This document shows positions 11,165 through 25,400 of a stretch of 64,000 bases of DNA, one piece after another; position 1 is the first letter of the stretch, and every line of letters begins with the position of its first letter. Below the pieces are notes generated by a model. It was not told the DNA's origin and searched no databases. It was given only the letters and a program-made list of their open reading frames with translations. The translations under genes were made by a program, and so were the position numbers. The DNA is from Eledone cirrhosa (lineage: Eukaryota), in contig OZ024741.1 in assembly GCA_964016885.1 (NCBI GenBank), forward strand, positions 314,340,001 to 314,404,000. The letters are read 5' to 3'.

Positions 11165-12232
11165 TTAGGTCAGTGTTGTTTGTTTGGGTGTTGTTGTTGT
11201 TCCACTCATTCTTCTGTTTAGCTTTGGTCTTCTAATTTCTATTTCACTGGCCTCTCTGATTTGCCTATCTGCTGGGTCATTCCTATGTTTAGATATTATT
11301 CTAATTTCTATGTTGTCTATGTTACCGTCATGTTGTTGTCTAGCATGTTCGTATAGTACTGACCCGTTTTTTCGTCCTTTTAGTTCCCCCCAGTGTTGGT
11401 CTATCCTTTCACCTATGCTACGAGCTGTCTCACCTATGTATGTTGTTGTCATGTTTCTGCAAGTACCCTCTGTACATCTTATGCTATAGACTACGTTTCT
11501 AGTTTTACAGTTTATCCGGGGGTTCACCTTACATATGATACATTTCCTATTGGTACAGTGGGTTTTCTTAAAAGGGTAGGTTTTGCTGATCAGGGATTTT
11601 ATGGTGGTTCCTGGCTTTTCTACCACCTTTATTTTTAAGTGGGTCTTTCTCAGGGCCTTTCTACACTGGTTAGCTAATTTCCCTCCAGAGGTGGTGTCCA
11701 CAAACATGACACTCTGATATCTCTGGTTGTCGTACCATGATGTGGCCTTCCCTATCTTATGTCTAGCCCTATCGAAGCTATTCCATGACTTGCTCCTGTA
11801 TGGTGGGCAAATTCCTTTCATGTCCAGTTCTATGAGGGTCTTATACTTTTCCATGGCTCCTTCGTATACCCTGACTCTGTCTCTTTGGTTGTAGCCAGAG
11901 AACTGCATGCGGTTGATGAAGTGTTGGATGTGTCTTTCCATTTCTGTTGGGTCGCACATGCTGGACACATTCTTCATCACTCGTACCAAATCTGCGATCA
12001 GAATATTAAACTTAGCACTACCGGACATTGCTGAGTTTTTGAGTATCAGGTATTTGGAGGCCATGGGTTTAGCATAGTGTGAGTGGAGAATTTGGGCTCT
12101 CTCGTCTATAGTGTTAATCCAGAGTTCTGTGTCTAATACAGGTAGTCTATTGTTAGGATGTTTGGAAGGGAAGTCGATAGTTACAGTTATACTCTGGTGT
12201 ATGGAATTAGCTATCTGCTGGATGCTTTCCAT
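11165..12232 (-). pseudogene. PLE RT thumb plus GIY-YIG endonuclease (C-terminal 355 aa, frameshifted from the upstream RT piece)
   Basis: NVVYSIRC...C...YIGETARSIGERIDQH...EH...H...E...PKLN. Confidence 0.88.
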
Positions 12233-12702
12233 CGTGCTACGTTCTAAATCAAACTTGTTAGTGCTCTCTAGTTGTGGATGTTCTTATAACTATATTGATA
12301 TCGTCTACATAACGAGAGTACATGATGAGGTCTATGGAGCTTTCATTAAGGAGATCTTTAAGTCTCCTTTCCCACCATACCATGAAAAGGTTGGCAACAT
12401 CACCAGCTATGCTGACGCCGATGGCTGCTCCCTCATTTTGGGTGTAGATTTTCTCATTGAACTTAAGTATGTGGCCCTTTAGGGTAGTTTTGATACTAGC
12501 CCCTATTGCATGTGCGACCATTTTTCTTACCTGATCAGTGTTTTGGGTGGTCCGTATAGCTTTGGTCCACCCAATCCACCTTCCTATGGGAGTCTTTTTA
12601 GCCATTGAGGTTATGGTGGGGGTCTACCTCTTATAGGTCTACTAGGGCAGAAACATCTAAGGTCATGGCTGTCTAGGTAGTCAGTGTCGTAGGTAAGCCT
12701 AC

Positions 12703-12742
12703 ACTACTGACGATGTTGCAGATGTGCAACGAAAGATTTATG
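12703..12742 (+). ncRNA. Minimal hammerhead motif in inverted Naiad-like pLTR
   Basis: CTGACGA-tGTTGCAgatgTGCAAC-GAAA. Confidence 0.7.
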
Positions 12743-13270
12743 TAAATTATGTAAACTATATATATGTGTTTGTGTCTATATTGTATCTGTATTATTTTTG
12801 ACCGTCGGTCAGTCAATGGCAACATTGAGGACCGAGTAAGTTAGATCGGAGATATAAAAGACAGCGAGAAACGAAAACCAACCAAACAGTGAGTGTGTTC
12901 TGTTATTAATTCTGGCAATATTACCCTCCCCAAGTATAACAATATCTGTTTCGACACACGATTTCATATAAAAAACCTCGCTAAACTAATATATATATAT
13001 ATATATATGGTATTAAATTAATAATGAAAATAAAAACATCAATTCAAGTTACTTTATAACTTTGTTGTTTTTATTTTGTTGTTTTATTTTGTTAGTTTAA
13101 TACCTAATATCTGACTCTGTATCTAAAGAGTTAACTCAGCGAAACACAGAACTTCACTATGGATTTTACTTGATTGCATTGAGTTCTATCTACGGTAGGG
13201 ACCTTACTACCATGGGTAGACCACACTGATAAGGAAAAAAATATATATGTGTGTGTGTGTGTGTTTGTGT

Positions 13271-13362
<92 letters not shown>

Positions 13363-13367
<5 letters not shown>

Positions 13368-13642
13368 TGTTATTCTTGCGCAGGGTCATATTATTGTAAT
13401 AATATTGCCAGAAATAATAACAGAACACACTCACTGTTTGGTTGGTTTTCACTTCTGTATCTTTTATATCTTCACAGTTAATTCATTTGGTCCTCAATGT
13501 TCATCATTGACTGCCAAAAATACAGATATAATATAGAATTGAACACATATATATAGTCTAACAAAGTTCTTTCGTTGCACATCTGCAACATCATTAGTGG
13601 TAAAATTAGGTTATTCCTGTTGTATCGTATGTCTACGCCATA
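13363..13642 (-). mobile_element. Solo Naiad-like pLTR fragment with mutated HHR core (CTAATGA)
   Basis: Homologous to 10620-10918; adjacent to (TA)n. Confidence 0.8.
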
Positions 13643-15584
13643 TTTGTTTCGACAAACGATTTCCTATAAAAAAAACCTCGCAAAACAAATATATATATAT
13701 ATTTATATATGAAACTACATACATACATATATACATATATACATTTACGAATTTTGTCTCCAGATTTTATTACCTAGGAGATTAATTACCACAGTTTTTC
13801 AACCTTATCAAACACCAACACCGGCCTGTGTCTGTATATATGTGTATGTATGTATGTATGTATGTACGTATGCATGCGTATGTTCGTATGTATGTATAAG
13901 TATATACGCACACCTTTCATCACCATTGCTTCTTTTTCTTGTTATTTCTGTTGAAGTTGTTCTTGTAACTGTTGTCATAGTTGACGTTGCCCTAAGTTTT
14001 ATTTTCTTTGATTTCTTTCGTTTTTCTTTTATCTCCCTAGGGAATTCGTTGACAATCTTCTTTTATTTATTTTCTTCGTTTTCGTCATTCAAATGCATTC
14101 ACACTGGCTGTCTCAGGGATGTTCAAATATGGCTTATAAAATTTACCAAAGAAAAGAGCCTTCCAGCCCCCCCCCCCAAGTTTCAAACGTCCCCTAACAG
14201 CCCTTTGCTCCCAAACGCCCCTCCTGGAGCTCCAAATCGCCCCCGGGGTTGCATACACCCCCGTTGAGAAATTTTGGGTTAGACAGATAGCATATTTGAT
14301 TGTATAATAAAAATCATCGATCTGGCAGAAGACCAAACAATTTCAATGGGGATGAAATTGTTAAAACCTAACGCAGAATAAACAGATAATTTGAAGAACA
14401 CAATTCAAGGACACACATTTTAGGGAAAGTTAGATGTAAATATATCAAGCTCACTACTCATAGAATGTTTGCATGGACGAAAGAATGGAAGTCAAGTTTC
14501 TACTGAATGATATATAAACTATGTATGTGAAATGATAAATGTCCTTACAACATGTCATTAAGAAGAGCGCACTACCGCTTCTGCTAACCAAAACTTTTCG
14601 GAAATTAAATAATATTTAATTATGAAGAAATCAAATGTAATATTCTATTATAGCTTTTCACTACTACATTAGTCCATGCTCAAACCTATGTTGAGATAAT
14701 TTCCTGTTTAATAACTGTATAATTTACTGAAGTTGGGGTTTATTAATGTTATCCCTCTTCTGTTGTTGTTTACGCTCAGGTCATTCATAACTGAGGGCAA
14801 CTATCATCAAAAACATTTCAGTCATCCCCATAGTGACATTTACCTGGCTTGCGAATAACATTATGTGTTTTTGACAGCCTCTTTAGCAGGTCGAGCGGCC
14901 ATAAAGAAAGTTTCCCATCACCACTTATAATAAATATGTTAACCATTCAAATAACTTTCTAACAAATAGATTCGCAGAACCAATTAGATGTAGCCTGGGC
15001 TCAGACATTTGTATCTGTCAGGTTTTGACTGATACAAGACACTCAAATACCTTTACCTCAATAGATCATGTTATAGATATTATCTCAATAACTATATATT
15101 TCCAAAACCCAGTTAAAATAAAATATAAAATACGCGATAACATTCGATCTGATGAACTCCCTGCCAAGTAACATCAAATATATTATCCAGAAATCTAATT
15201 ATACAAGAAGATTAATGATTTTTTTAAACAGTTACCAATTTGCATCAATACTGATATATGTACCATTCCCTATAAGAAATATGACTTACATGGCCACAAT
15301 AATATAAACTGGCATGACATATATATTGAGAAACCGAACCGATTCACAATACAAGACTGTTACTTATTCTATCGACTAATCAGTAGCGGTGAAATCTCAT
15401 TCGTATCAGAACATAAATGAGTGAAAATAAATGACACAAGAACATATTTTATATTGGTTAAAATAATTATCTTACCTAGGTTAATTGTTTCAATTATATA
15501 AGAATGGGGGAATTAGATTGTTCGATGAGAATATCTCTCTGGAAATTAATAGTGATACGAGAAGTTGTCTTTGATGAGAAATAA

Positions 15585-15765
15585 ATAATTGTTTCTACTT
15601 TTGGCACAAGGCAAGCAATTATCCCAGTGTATTACTGGTACCTTATTTTATCGACCCCGTAAGGATGAAAGGCAAAGTTAAACTCTGCGGGATTTGAACT
15701 CAGTCCGTAAATGGACGTAACTGGGCTGCAAAGAATGGCGTCCGGCCATCTACCGTCACTGCCTA
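15585..15765 (-). mobile_element. tRNA-derived SINE
   Basis: Reverse complement carries a B-box GAGTTCAAATCCC and the same body and tail as 20009-20192. Confidence 0.85.
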
Positions 15766-16157
15766 TCCAAATAATATGTTATAGATATGACTGAATATGG
15801 GATTGTGACAGAGTCGTCATTCCCTCCTCTATTATATTAATTTGTTAATTACGTTATTCAATAATTTTTCAATTTCCATTTGCTGTAATAAAATTAATAG
15901 TTAATTTGTAATTTAACTGTAACATTTTTTTGTATTAACCTGAAAAACATAGTTCTCTACACTACATTCTAGTTCTCACTTTTACCACCCACTTGTTCAA
16001 AATATAGCTACTCTCACAGAAACCAGGTGCCATGATTGTATTAACATATGTAGGCGATAGAGTAAACATGATTCGTTGTAATTAGGATACATACTAAATT
16101 GTAATGAAATATTTACATCCACTTACAAGAAGAAAAGTTGAGCAAATAAAAACACAG

Positions 16158-16300
16158 GAAAAGACAGCAGAAAAGACAGGGACAAGACAGTCGAAAAGAC
16201 AATGGAAAAGACAGTGGAACAGACAGAGGAAGAGACAGAGGAAGAAACAAACGAAATGACAGTGGAAATGTCATAGGAAAAGACAGCGGAAAGATAGAGT
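16158..16300. repeat. Degenerate ~12-bp minisatellite (GGAAAAGACAGN)
   Basis: Repeated gaaaagacag units. Confidence 0.7.
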
Positions 16301-16962
16301 AAAAAATCTGGAAAAAGGGAAATTAGACCACCAAAAATATATTTCTGAAGATACGAGTGAGTTGATTGTTTTACTAACTCTTCAATGTCTATACTTAGTT
16401 TGGTAAAACTATAATATTCTCGAAAACCAAAGATATTTTTTATTACATTTTCTGTTATGTGACTTTTACACATATATGATTTCCCTAAATGTCATGAATT
16501 TACGTAGATAAGACCTGTAGATGATAAGGGTATCCATCGAGTGAATTCCAGAGGAATCTATATTGTGGTGGAAACGGACTGTTGTGATTTATGTTGACAC
16601 TATGGTGGAGGACGAGACGCATTTTCTTACAAAAATCCTCTAAATTTGTTATCTGTGGCGTGTTATTGCTAGACTTAAATCAAATCGTCAATACATATGG
16701 AAGATCAGCAAGGAACGGAAATTTTAACTTACATGAGGAAACCGGAATTTCGTAGTGAACTGTCTGAAGTATAAATTTAACACAAACGAACACACACACA
16801 CAAACACACACTCACGCACACACATACATACACACATTCACTCACACGCACATGGACACACACACATATATACATACATATATATAAAAAGAGTCAGGAC
16901 AACGACGGCTGAGCTCCAGCCGTTTCGACAGCTAAATCCTAACTAAGCCAACGTTATTAGAA

Positions 16963-16999
<37 letters not shown>

Positions 17000-17367
17000 T
17001 GTGTGCGTGCGTGCGCGTGTGCGTGAATGTTTATTTTTACATTTATACAAGCTAACAAACTTTAAAATATTTATAAGAAAATATATGATCACGTGACAAC
17101 CTGTTTGCGCTTGTTTTGTGTGGAAAGTCTTAATTTCATGATTGGTGCATTTCGATATATTGGGTCCTACATCTATCTCCCACACAATGTTGACATGAAA
17201 TATCCATCTGCACAGTGTTATAGCACAGCTATATTTATTTGTATCTATATACATATAAGAAACGCAACATATATATCTCGGTTTATCTATTTAGCTGCAG
17301 TTCATCTATCCATTTGTCTACTTATCTATGTATCTATCTATATATCTTATCAATCTATCTTTGTGTG

Positions 17368-17825
17368 ATAGCTATGGCGAAAGAGGTTGTATGGTGGACG
17401 AGGTTAAAAGGGCTGAGATCAGACACCTTTTTTTCCGGCCAACAACTGATTCTTTTTTTAAAATACCACTTTGGAAGAAGAATCAGCATGGAGAGAGAGA
17501 TGCTGTACCCCAGCAAGTTTTATGAAAGGCGGGTGAAAGTCGCGAGAATGGCTCGAGTGAATGGGCCTTCTCTCTATATCAGCCTGTAGGTTGAGGAAAA
17601 AGAGGAAGAGAGGAAAGGGGTACAAACTCTTCGTACTTCTGGAGATGAGGGTTTCACATTTGTTCGGGGTATGTGTTACCCATATGAAATGTCTCCCCGT
17701 ATTGGGGAAAATCGATTAATTTTTAAATTGCATTTGTGATAGTATTTTACACGTTTTTATTGTATGTAAACTTCCCCCTTTGTATTTGTCCCCTTCTTTT
17801 GTGCCCCTGTGGCTAATAAAGAAAC
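17368..17825 (+). mobile_element. L1/Tx1 3' fragment
   Basis: AMAKEVVWWTR...ISL* is homologous to 25614-25835. Ends GTGGCTAATAAA, followed by (TATC)n. Confidence 0.85.
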
Positions 17826-17916
17826 ATATCTATCTATCTATTTATCTATCTAGCTATAAACCTACCTATCTATCTACATATCTATCTACCTATCTACCTA
17901 TCTATCTATATATATG

Positions 17917-18512
17917 TCCTGTAAGCGACCTGTGGAACTATGCAGAACAACTGCTGTCGCGTATGGGACAAATACAGTTGACTGCCGAGTCCATAGTAAG
18001 GATCAAACCGCCAGACTCTTTCAAAAACGAAAGAGAGGCGGTTTTCCTCTGTACGGTGGCTATGGTGAAAGAAGTTATATGGTGGACGAGGTTGAGAGGA
18101 CTGAGGACAGATGCCTTTCTCTCCGGACAACAATTGATTCCATTCTTTAAGTATCACTTTAGAAGGAGAATCAGGGTGGAGAGAGAGGCACTGCACCCCA
18201 GTAAATTTACTGAAAGGTGGGTGAATGAAGCGAAAATGGCCCGAGTGATTGGGCCTTCTCTGTTTATAAGCCTGTAGGTTGAGGAAGAGAGCAAAAGGAA
18301 GAAAGGAGCACTTGCACAACACGCTCCTTGAGTTGAGGGTTGTTCTATCGACGGGGTATTAAACAACCCATTTGTGGCGCCTCCCCCCTATTGGGGATTT
18401 CGATTGTTGAAATTGTTTGTTTTTATATTTTTTTACACGACTGTATGTAAAATCCCCGGCATGTCTTTGTATTGTCCCCTTTCTTGTTGCGCCCTTGTGG
18501 CTAATAAAGAAA
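17917..18512 (+). mobile_element. L1/Tx1 3' fragment
   Basis: DLWNYAEQLLSR...ISL* is homologous to 25480-25835. Ends GCCCTTGTGGCTAATAAA. Confidence 0.87.
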
Positions 18513-20008
18513 TCTATCTATATATATGTCCTGTCACCGCATGCGTCCTTCCGTCCATTCGTCCATCCATCCAAGCTTTTTAGTGTATTGTATATTGTCA
18601 ATTACGTGCGTTGACGCCGTTAAATTAAATTTACGTAAACTCAAAAAAATTGCAAGGTACACAATGATTCCAAAAATAGGTTGTTTGTTTAAATACTGAG
18701 TGATTAATCCACTAATAAATGCAGAAATATCTTACATCTTTACTGTTTTTTTAAAAGTAGGAAACATTGGTCGATAGACAACAATAGGCACAACTAGCTA
18801 AAACAACATTGTTTTATAACACTTCTCTACGTACGCTCACTTCTCATATTTTCATTTCTTTCTCTTCACTTCTTTTGACTTTCACTTTTCCTCTTTCTTT
18901 TTTTCTGACCCCTCTCTCCTTTCTTAACATCACACCCTCTCTTAGTTTTTGAGAGACTACTTCATTGATTGCCTTGCAAATTTGTAACTAACTACTTAGA
19001 ATAAGCATGACATCTTCAGCTACATCTGTATATATCTGTCAACAAATCACATGAGAGACGAAATGTGGCTCGAGATCAGTGGGATAAAATCACTTGTGGT
19101 GGTACCATTTGAAATAATATATCTCTTTATATATTTTTGTGGGTTGCTCAGATGTCTAGCCCCCTATTTAAGACCCGAATGTAATTATTGGGTACAATTA
19201 TCGTATTTCACATCATTGAACATTTTTGGACAAAGGGTTCATTGTGAGAATAACATGATAGCTTGCGTGTTCCTTTCAGAATCATCTACTTCCACTAACT
19301 TCATAGATCCACTGACTTTCAACGAGTGCAAAGATAAGATATCTCCCATTGGATACCTTTAGCTAGACAAAGCAGAACTATACAATGTACGTGATGTTTT
19401 GGAAGACTATATTTTCTGTTAGGGCTTATTTTTGAATCATTTTTTCTTTCAATCATTACAGGCTTTCGATAGAAGAATGTAGTCTACTACAGTTTTCCGG
19501 CTGGATGAGCTACAGAAATCAAAGGAAGGGTTATTTGCAACTAAAATGTGTCGCATTGCTCTTTCTATATTTATAATATTAATAATGGAAACTATCAAAA
19601 ATTCAAATTCATTAAACAATAAAAAAAAGTTCAGGATCAAATTCTCATATTTTTTTTCTTTAAAAGATTGTCAAAATCAGAGAGAAATCCTACATGACAC
19701 TCTCGTCTGAATGTCTTTTTTGATGTTCAAGTTGAACATCTGTAAATCATTGTTAAAAACATGAGCTGGGTTATAAATCTAGGTGGGCTTTGTTCTGGAC
19801 AGGAGAGATTATGGGAATCCTAAAATGGCGAGAGAATAATATTAAGAAGAAAAAGTATGAGAGTTGGCTAGGATACGATGAATACGCATAAGGTGAAAAA
19901 GTTATGCAAATATCTTGAGCTGAACAACAGATCATTATACATGTGATGTATTAAATAATGACACGCACCCTTCTACAATTCCTCCTAACACTAACGGCCA
20001 TTTTCAAA

Positions 20009-20192
20009 GGGCGGTGAACTGGCAGTATCGCTAGAGGGTCGGGCGCCATGCTTTCCAGCATAGTTACGTCCCTTTACGGACTGAGTTCAAATCCCGTCGA
20101 GGTTAACTTTCATCCTTACGGGGTCGATAAAATAAAGTACCAGTAATGCACTGGGTAATTGCTGGCCTTGTGCCAAAAGTAGAAACAATTAT
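20009..20192 (+). mobile_element. tRNA-derived SINE (octopus-type)
   Basis: A-box-like TGGCAGTATCGCTAG, B-box GAGTTCAAATCCC, tail AGTAGAAACAATTAT; four copies in the window. Confidence 0.88.
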
Positions 20193-20260
20193 ACTAGTGA
20201 TGTAAACAAAATGAGGAATAAAAGACGGCAAGTCTATGACTGTCCTTTCTGATTTGCTTA

Positions 20261-20440
20261 ATAATTGTTTCTACTTTTGGCACAAGGCCAGCAATTACCC
20301 AGTTCATTACTGGTACTTTATGTTATCGACCCGGTAAGGATGAAAGTTAACCTCGACGGGATTTGAACTCAGACCGTAAAGGGACGTAACTATGCTGGAA
20401 AGCATGGCGTCCGACCCTCTACCGATACTGCCAATTCACC
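20261..20440 (-). mobile_element. tRNA-derived SINE, inverted partner of 20009-20192
   Basis: Near-identical reverse complement. Confidence 0.88.
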
Positions 20441-21039
20441 ATTGTGTGTAGCAGTAGCATTGTTGTTGAGATTTGAGCTGTAGTATAATCTGGGTTTAAG
20501 TTGAACCTTGTAGAGTGTGAGAAATTGAACGGGATTGATGTCCTTTCTGGCTCTATATAGGGAATTTAATGTATGTGAAACAATTTGTGCATGTGTTATT
20601 TCTTAGGTTTCATCAGATATTTGTATCAATGTTGAAAGTCTTAAGTGTATGTTAATCATTTTGATTATTACCTTCAGTTTTATGTTTAGTATTATAGGTG
20701 TTAGGATTAGTGTTATTACTAACCTTTTTATTCACAATATTTTCCTTATCATTAAGATGTTTTTATTATAGAGAAAATAGTCGTTAGTGTTAGGAGGAAT
20801 TGTAGAATGGTGACCATGACATCGATACCTGTAATAGCGATCTCAGCACACCAGTAAGACCCGCAGCGGCAGAAATAGTGGTGCTGCTGAAAAAGGGACT
20901 ACTTCTTTTGCAGGTGTCGCCCGAAATATCGAGACAGTGTTAGTCATAGAGGAGGAGATGGCAGTCGCAAGGGCCATGGCGATAAGAAGCGGAAATAGAG
21001 TCTCGCTGAAACTTCCACCCAATTTTTTCAATACGGGGT

Positions 21040-22434
21040 GTGACTTACTGCACCGTAAGCAAAATCACACATCGGGTGGAGAGAGCCACGGAGGCTCAAA
21101 TCCAAAAGGCCTTGGGGTGCGTCTGGGCACGCAAAACCCATATCACCCGAGGCAGAAAGTACGCCACAGTAGACGTACTTTTCGCCACCCCACAGGAAGC
21201 AAAGTCTCACTCTTTGGAAATCCTAAAGAGTGAGGAGATAATCTTGGTGCCCTCCTACTGCGGGCAGAAAATTGTTAGGGTCAAAGTGACCCAGGTCCCA
21301 CCCGACGTGCTCATACCTTGGCTGGCCGCGTCTGTCCTTGCTGGAATCGAGAACAGGACGACCATACTGCAAGTAGAGAAAATAGGGAGAGAGAACTGGT
21401 CAGGTATAGGCTTGCAAATGCTTATACAAACTGACCTGGAATGTATCGACGCTATCCCCGATATCATAGACATCGAGGAAGGACTCCAACTCCCTATAAG
21501 TGTAGAAGGAAGACGGAGAAAATGTTATCTCTGTGGGTCGAAGGGTCACCTCAGGGCTTTTTGCCCGCAGAAGACAGCGAAAAAGGCCCCTCTCCTTCCA
21601 ATACCCGGTCCGCTGCTACCAAGAGCAGGACAGGCAACAAACGAAGAAGCCCCTTCCACGGTGAGTAGGAGGGTAACGTTCGTAACACCCGTACCAAGGC
21701 CACGGACAACTAAAGCAGCATCATCAGTGGCGGCAACACCAATAGCTACATTTTAAGTAGCTACACCTGCAACAAAATTGCCGACGAGGGCTCCACTACC
21801 ACCACCAACAGCCGTGGAGCACATACCCCTCCCAGACTCCATAGAATCCGACATGGAGTTTGAGGCGAGAGTGAAGTGTCAAACGGTCTGCCACAAAAAG
21901 CAAAAAGGAAAAAAAACCCTTAGATTCACCCTCCAAAAGCGAAGGCATACAAAGAGGGGTAAAGGCAGCAAGGAAACTTGCAGCAACACCACCACCATCA
22001 CCATCATAAGCACCACTGACAACAACAACCACACCACCACCAGCATCACCAAAAACACCAACAACGCAAACACAAGACCCACACACCAAACAGCAACAAG
22101 AAGAAAACAGCAACAAAATCACCACTCCCACCAAAAAGTACACAGCCTTAAACATGACAAAAAAAGAACTCATACAATATATAAAGCAGCACACAGACAT
22201 CACAGAAAAAACTACTACACCCCGCCAACACCAAGAACTCTCCCGAAAAACATAAGCATCATCGAAATCTCAATAGAACAGTACAAACCTTTAAAACGAA
22301 AATTCCCCAACGCAGTTGGAGACTTCAGAGGGTCGGTTACCAAGAGGATATACACTGACATCCTCTTGGAAACACCCATGACCAGCGAAAGGGACGGTTC
22401 TACTGTCCCTTCACCACACGATCAAGGTAAGTGA
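21040..22434 (+). pseudogene. Tx1 ORF1 (CCHC zinc knuckle, Thr/Lys-rich tail), interrupted
   Basis: ORFs 21040-21756 and 21778-22434. Confidence 0.8.
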
Positions 22435-22465
22435 CCCTTTCTCACTTGCCCGTTTCTCATCCAAC

Positions 22466-25400
22466 ATGGCCATACTAAGAATAGGCAGTATAAATGCACG
22501 TGGCCTGGGGTCATCTTGGAAGCAGGGACACCTGCTCAACGACCTCAGGTCACTAAACATAGATGTGGTGGCCATCAGTGAAACCAGAATCTCCGAAGCA
22601 CAAGCCTTCGCACCGATCTTCGGCGGCTATGTATACTCATCTCCCAGCCGTTCAAGATCGAGGGGAGGGGTTGCCGTCCTTTTTCGGAGAGGCTTGGAAC
22701 TCGCTATAGGGGCCATCTTCCTAGACCCAGAAGGTAAGTCTGTGGTGCTGGACGTGACCGGCAGCAAAAACAATGCTTTCAGGCTAGTAGCCGTCTACGC
22801 CCCAACAGGGGCAGGACAGCCAGATTTCTTCAGACGTCTAGAGACCTTTCTTGGAACGTCCCACTATTTAGCGTTAGTGGGCGACTGGAACGGTATCTTG
22901 GATGCACGCTGGGATTGTGTGGGGGTGTGGATAGGGGAGTAGGGTGCAAGAGCCTCACCAACATGCTCAGACGTTTTAAAATGTCTTGACAGGTATCGAC
23001 TGGATCACCCGAATGTGTCAATGTGGACATGGACAAAGCACATCGTGTCATCCAGATCGTACCTCAATAGGGTATTCTGCAGAGAACTAGATAAGGCTAG
23101 TATAAGTTGTCTACAATTTAAAATAGTCGACTACACAGACCACAAATTTGTGATCTGTGAGATCGACATTAACAGACTTCATAGACAAAGGCCCGGTTAC
23201 TGGAAGCTGAACGCGTCTTTCCCGGCGCGCAAAGGCTACAGAGACCGGATTAGCGTATTAGTTAAGCGGGCGTTGACGGAGCGGACGTCAACAACAGGTG
23301 GTGGTTCGCCCTGAAAAGGGCAATTAAAGTAGAGTCGATTAGGTTTAGCAAAGCAGTAGTGATAGACGAAAATAGAGTAGAGGGAGAGCTAGTCAGAAAG
23401 CTAGAAGAGGCGTTTAGGACAGGCATCGCAACCGACGTGCTTGCGGCGAGATTGTCACTCGACCAATTCTTCAACGCAAAACACGAAGGCTGCGTTGTCA
23501 GAGCTAGAGCGCGTGCTCTGAAACACGAGGGGACAAAAGCCGTCCAATGGGTCCGGGTGGCAGAGGCGCGACGTGGGAACAAAGCAACAATTCGGTCTTT
23601 GTCTGACCAAAACGGGTGCGTGATGCTCGAACCCGAGCGGATGTGTGAAGCTTTTCAGCAGCACTTTGCTGAAGTGTTCGGGAGTGGCGGAGGCCCGGAT
23701 CGGGGCATGGACTTCAGTGCATACCTCGACGAACTGCCTTGGCTCTCGAGGACCGCAGCACAGTGTTGCGAACAGCAGGTGAAATACGGGAAGCGATGTC
23801 TAACTGCACAAGGGGTAAATCGCCAGGTTTGGATGGTCTTCCATACGAGCTTTATGTATTTATGCCAGACCTCTTCGGCGACCTCTTGCCAGATGTCTAC
23901 TGCTACTGGCAGCAGAATGGGGCAATTTCCAGTTTTATGAGCAGGGGAGCGGTGGGGATGCTGAGAAAAGAGCCGAACAAAGGGGACGTTATAGAAAACT
24001 TCAGGCCCATAACTCTGCTAAACGCAGAGTTCAAGATTTTGGCCAAGGTGTTAGCAACGAGGTTGGCGCTTGTCGTCAAGGGTCTGGTGGGAGATGCGCA
24101 GACATGCGCCATTCCGGACAGATCCATACACGACAACCTCAACCTCATGCGATACATCATAGAGAGGATGGTTAAGGAACCTGAATCGGGTGGGGCCCTG
24201 ATCAACTTGGCTCAATCCAAAGCATTCGATAGGGTCGCCCATCGGTACCTGGCGGCGGTCCTCGAGGCAGCCGGTTTTGGGCCCGTTTTCAGAGGTTGGA
24301 TCGCAGCAATATACAGCGACATCTGCTCAGTTATGAGGGTGACGGGTTACCTGTCGCAGCCGTTAGGCATCATGCGCTCAGTCCGCCAGGGTTGTCCCCT
24401 CTCGTCCCTCTTGTACGTATTTGCTCTCGAGCCGTTACTGCACAAACTGGGCACGATGAGGGGCGTCACACGTGAACTAGGATGCGGGAAATCCGAGTCG
24501 GCTTACGCTGACGACGTCACCGTGGTGGTGTGGAGCACTAGACACGTCCAGATGCTCGGCACCGCTCTCAAGGAATACGAAGCGGTGACAGGAGCAAATA
24601 TAAACCAGGAAAAGTCGGTGGTGTTGCAGCCGGGCACCTTGAGAGGCAAGTCCATGCCGTCCGACAGCGTCGTGTGGCGTTGGACGGACGGACCGGTTAA
24701 ATTGCTCAGGGTCTGGTTCCGACCGGACCTCCAGATGGAGAAAAACTGGAATGAGGTGACGAGCAGAAATGGGCCGAGAGGAAGCTGTCCCTGAAAGGCA
24801 GGGCGGATGTGGCGAATGCGTCATCTGCTACCGCTTCACCGTCGTCCCTTGCTCCAGCTCAACTCTCACCAAAATGGAGCGCCTCCTCTTCCGCTTTTTG
24901 TGGAAGGGATGCGCTCCCATGGTCAGACCGTCCATCTGCTGTCAACACCCGTTGCGTGGAGGACTGGGCATGCCATGGCTGATGATGCGCACACATGCGC
25001 TGAGGCTGCGACATCTCTGGTGCTTCCTTGATGGTGAACAGGTGTGGTCGCCGTTCGCCAGGCACGTTATTCCACAGCTCGTCTCCTTGACGGAGCTGCT
25101 GTCCTGGATCAGAAAAAGACCGAGGGATAGCGCTTGGAAACTGGAATGTCTCCAGGCGCTCACTGCCCTCTGCCAGCTGGGCACCAGTGTCGGTGGAACA
25201 TCCACCTCGGTGTTCTATAGAGGACTAGTGGAGGGGAAGAGCGGCGACATTCTCAGAGAGATCCTGGTCGTCGAAGATCAGCTGTTTGCTCTCTTCCGGG
25301 GAACTTTCAGCCCAGGGCCTATGGTTAACTTCCAAAATTCCCTGGTCTGGCAGTGCTACCGGGGAGCGCTGCAGGTTCGAGATAAGCTCTACAGGCACGG

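Larger units (their letters stand above)
10620..12945 (-). mobile_element. Naiad-like Penelope element, 5'-truncated, with inverted pLTRs
   Basis: 12258-12605 has GAAIG...FMVWW...RYVDD. 11165-12232 has IANSI..DFPSKH..LPVLD, YAKPMAS, a Cys linker and VVY-YIGET GIY-YIG. 10620-10872 and 12703-12945 are inverted repeats. Confidence 0.9.

Noticed and set aside
13112-13152. CTAAAGA...GAAA hammerhead-like string
   Set aside because: The core is mutated and stems I and III cannot be formed convincingly.
13790-14280. Possible hAT-type MITE (CAGTTTTTCAAC ... GTTGAGAAATTTTG)
   Set aside because: The terminal match is short and imperfect, there is no target-site duplication, and the interior is low-complexity.
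20009-20100. tRNA gene
   Set aside because: A and B boxes are present but there is no cloverleaf, and the sequence continues into a SINE body found in four copies.
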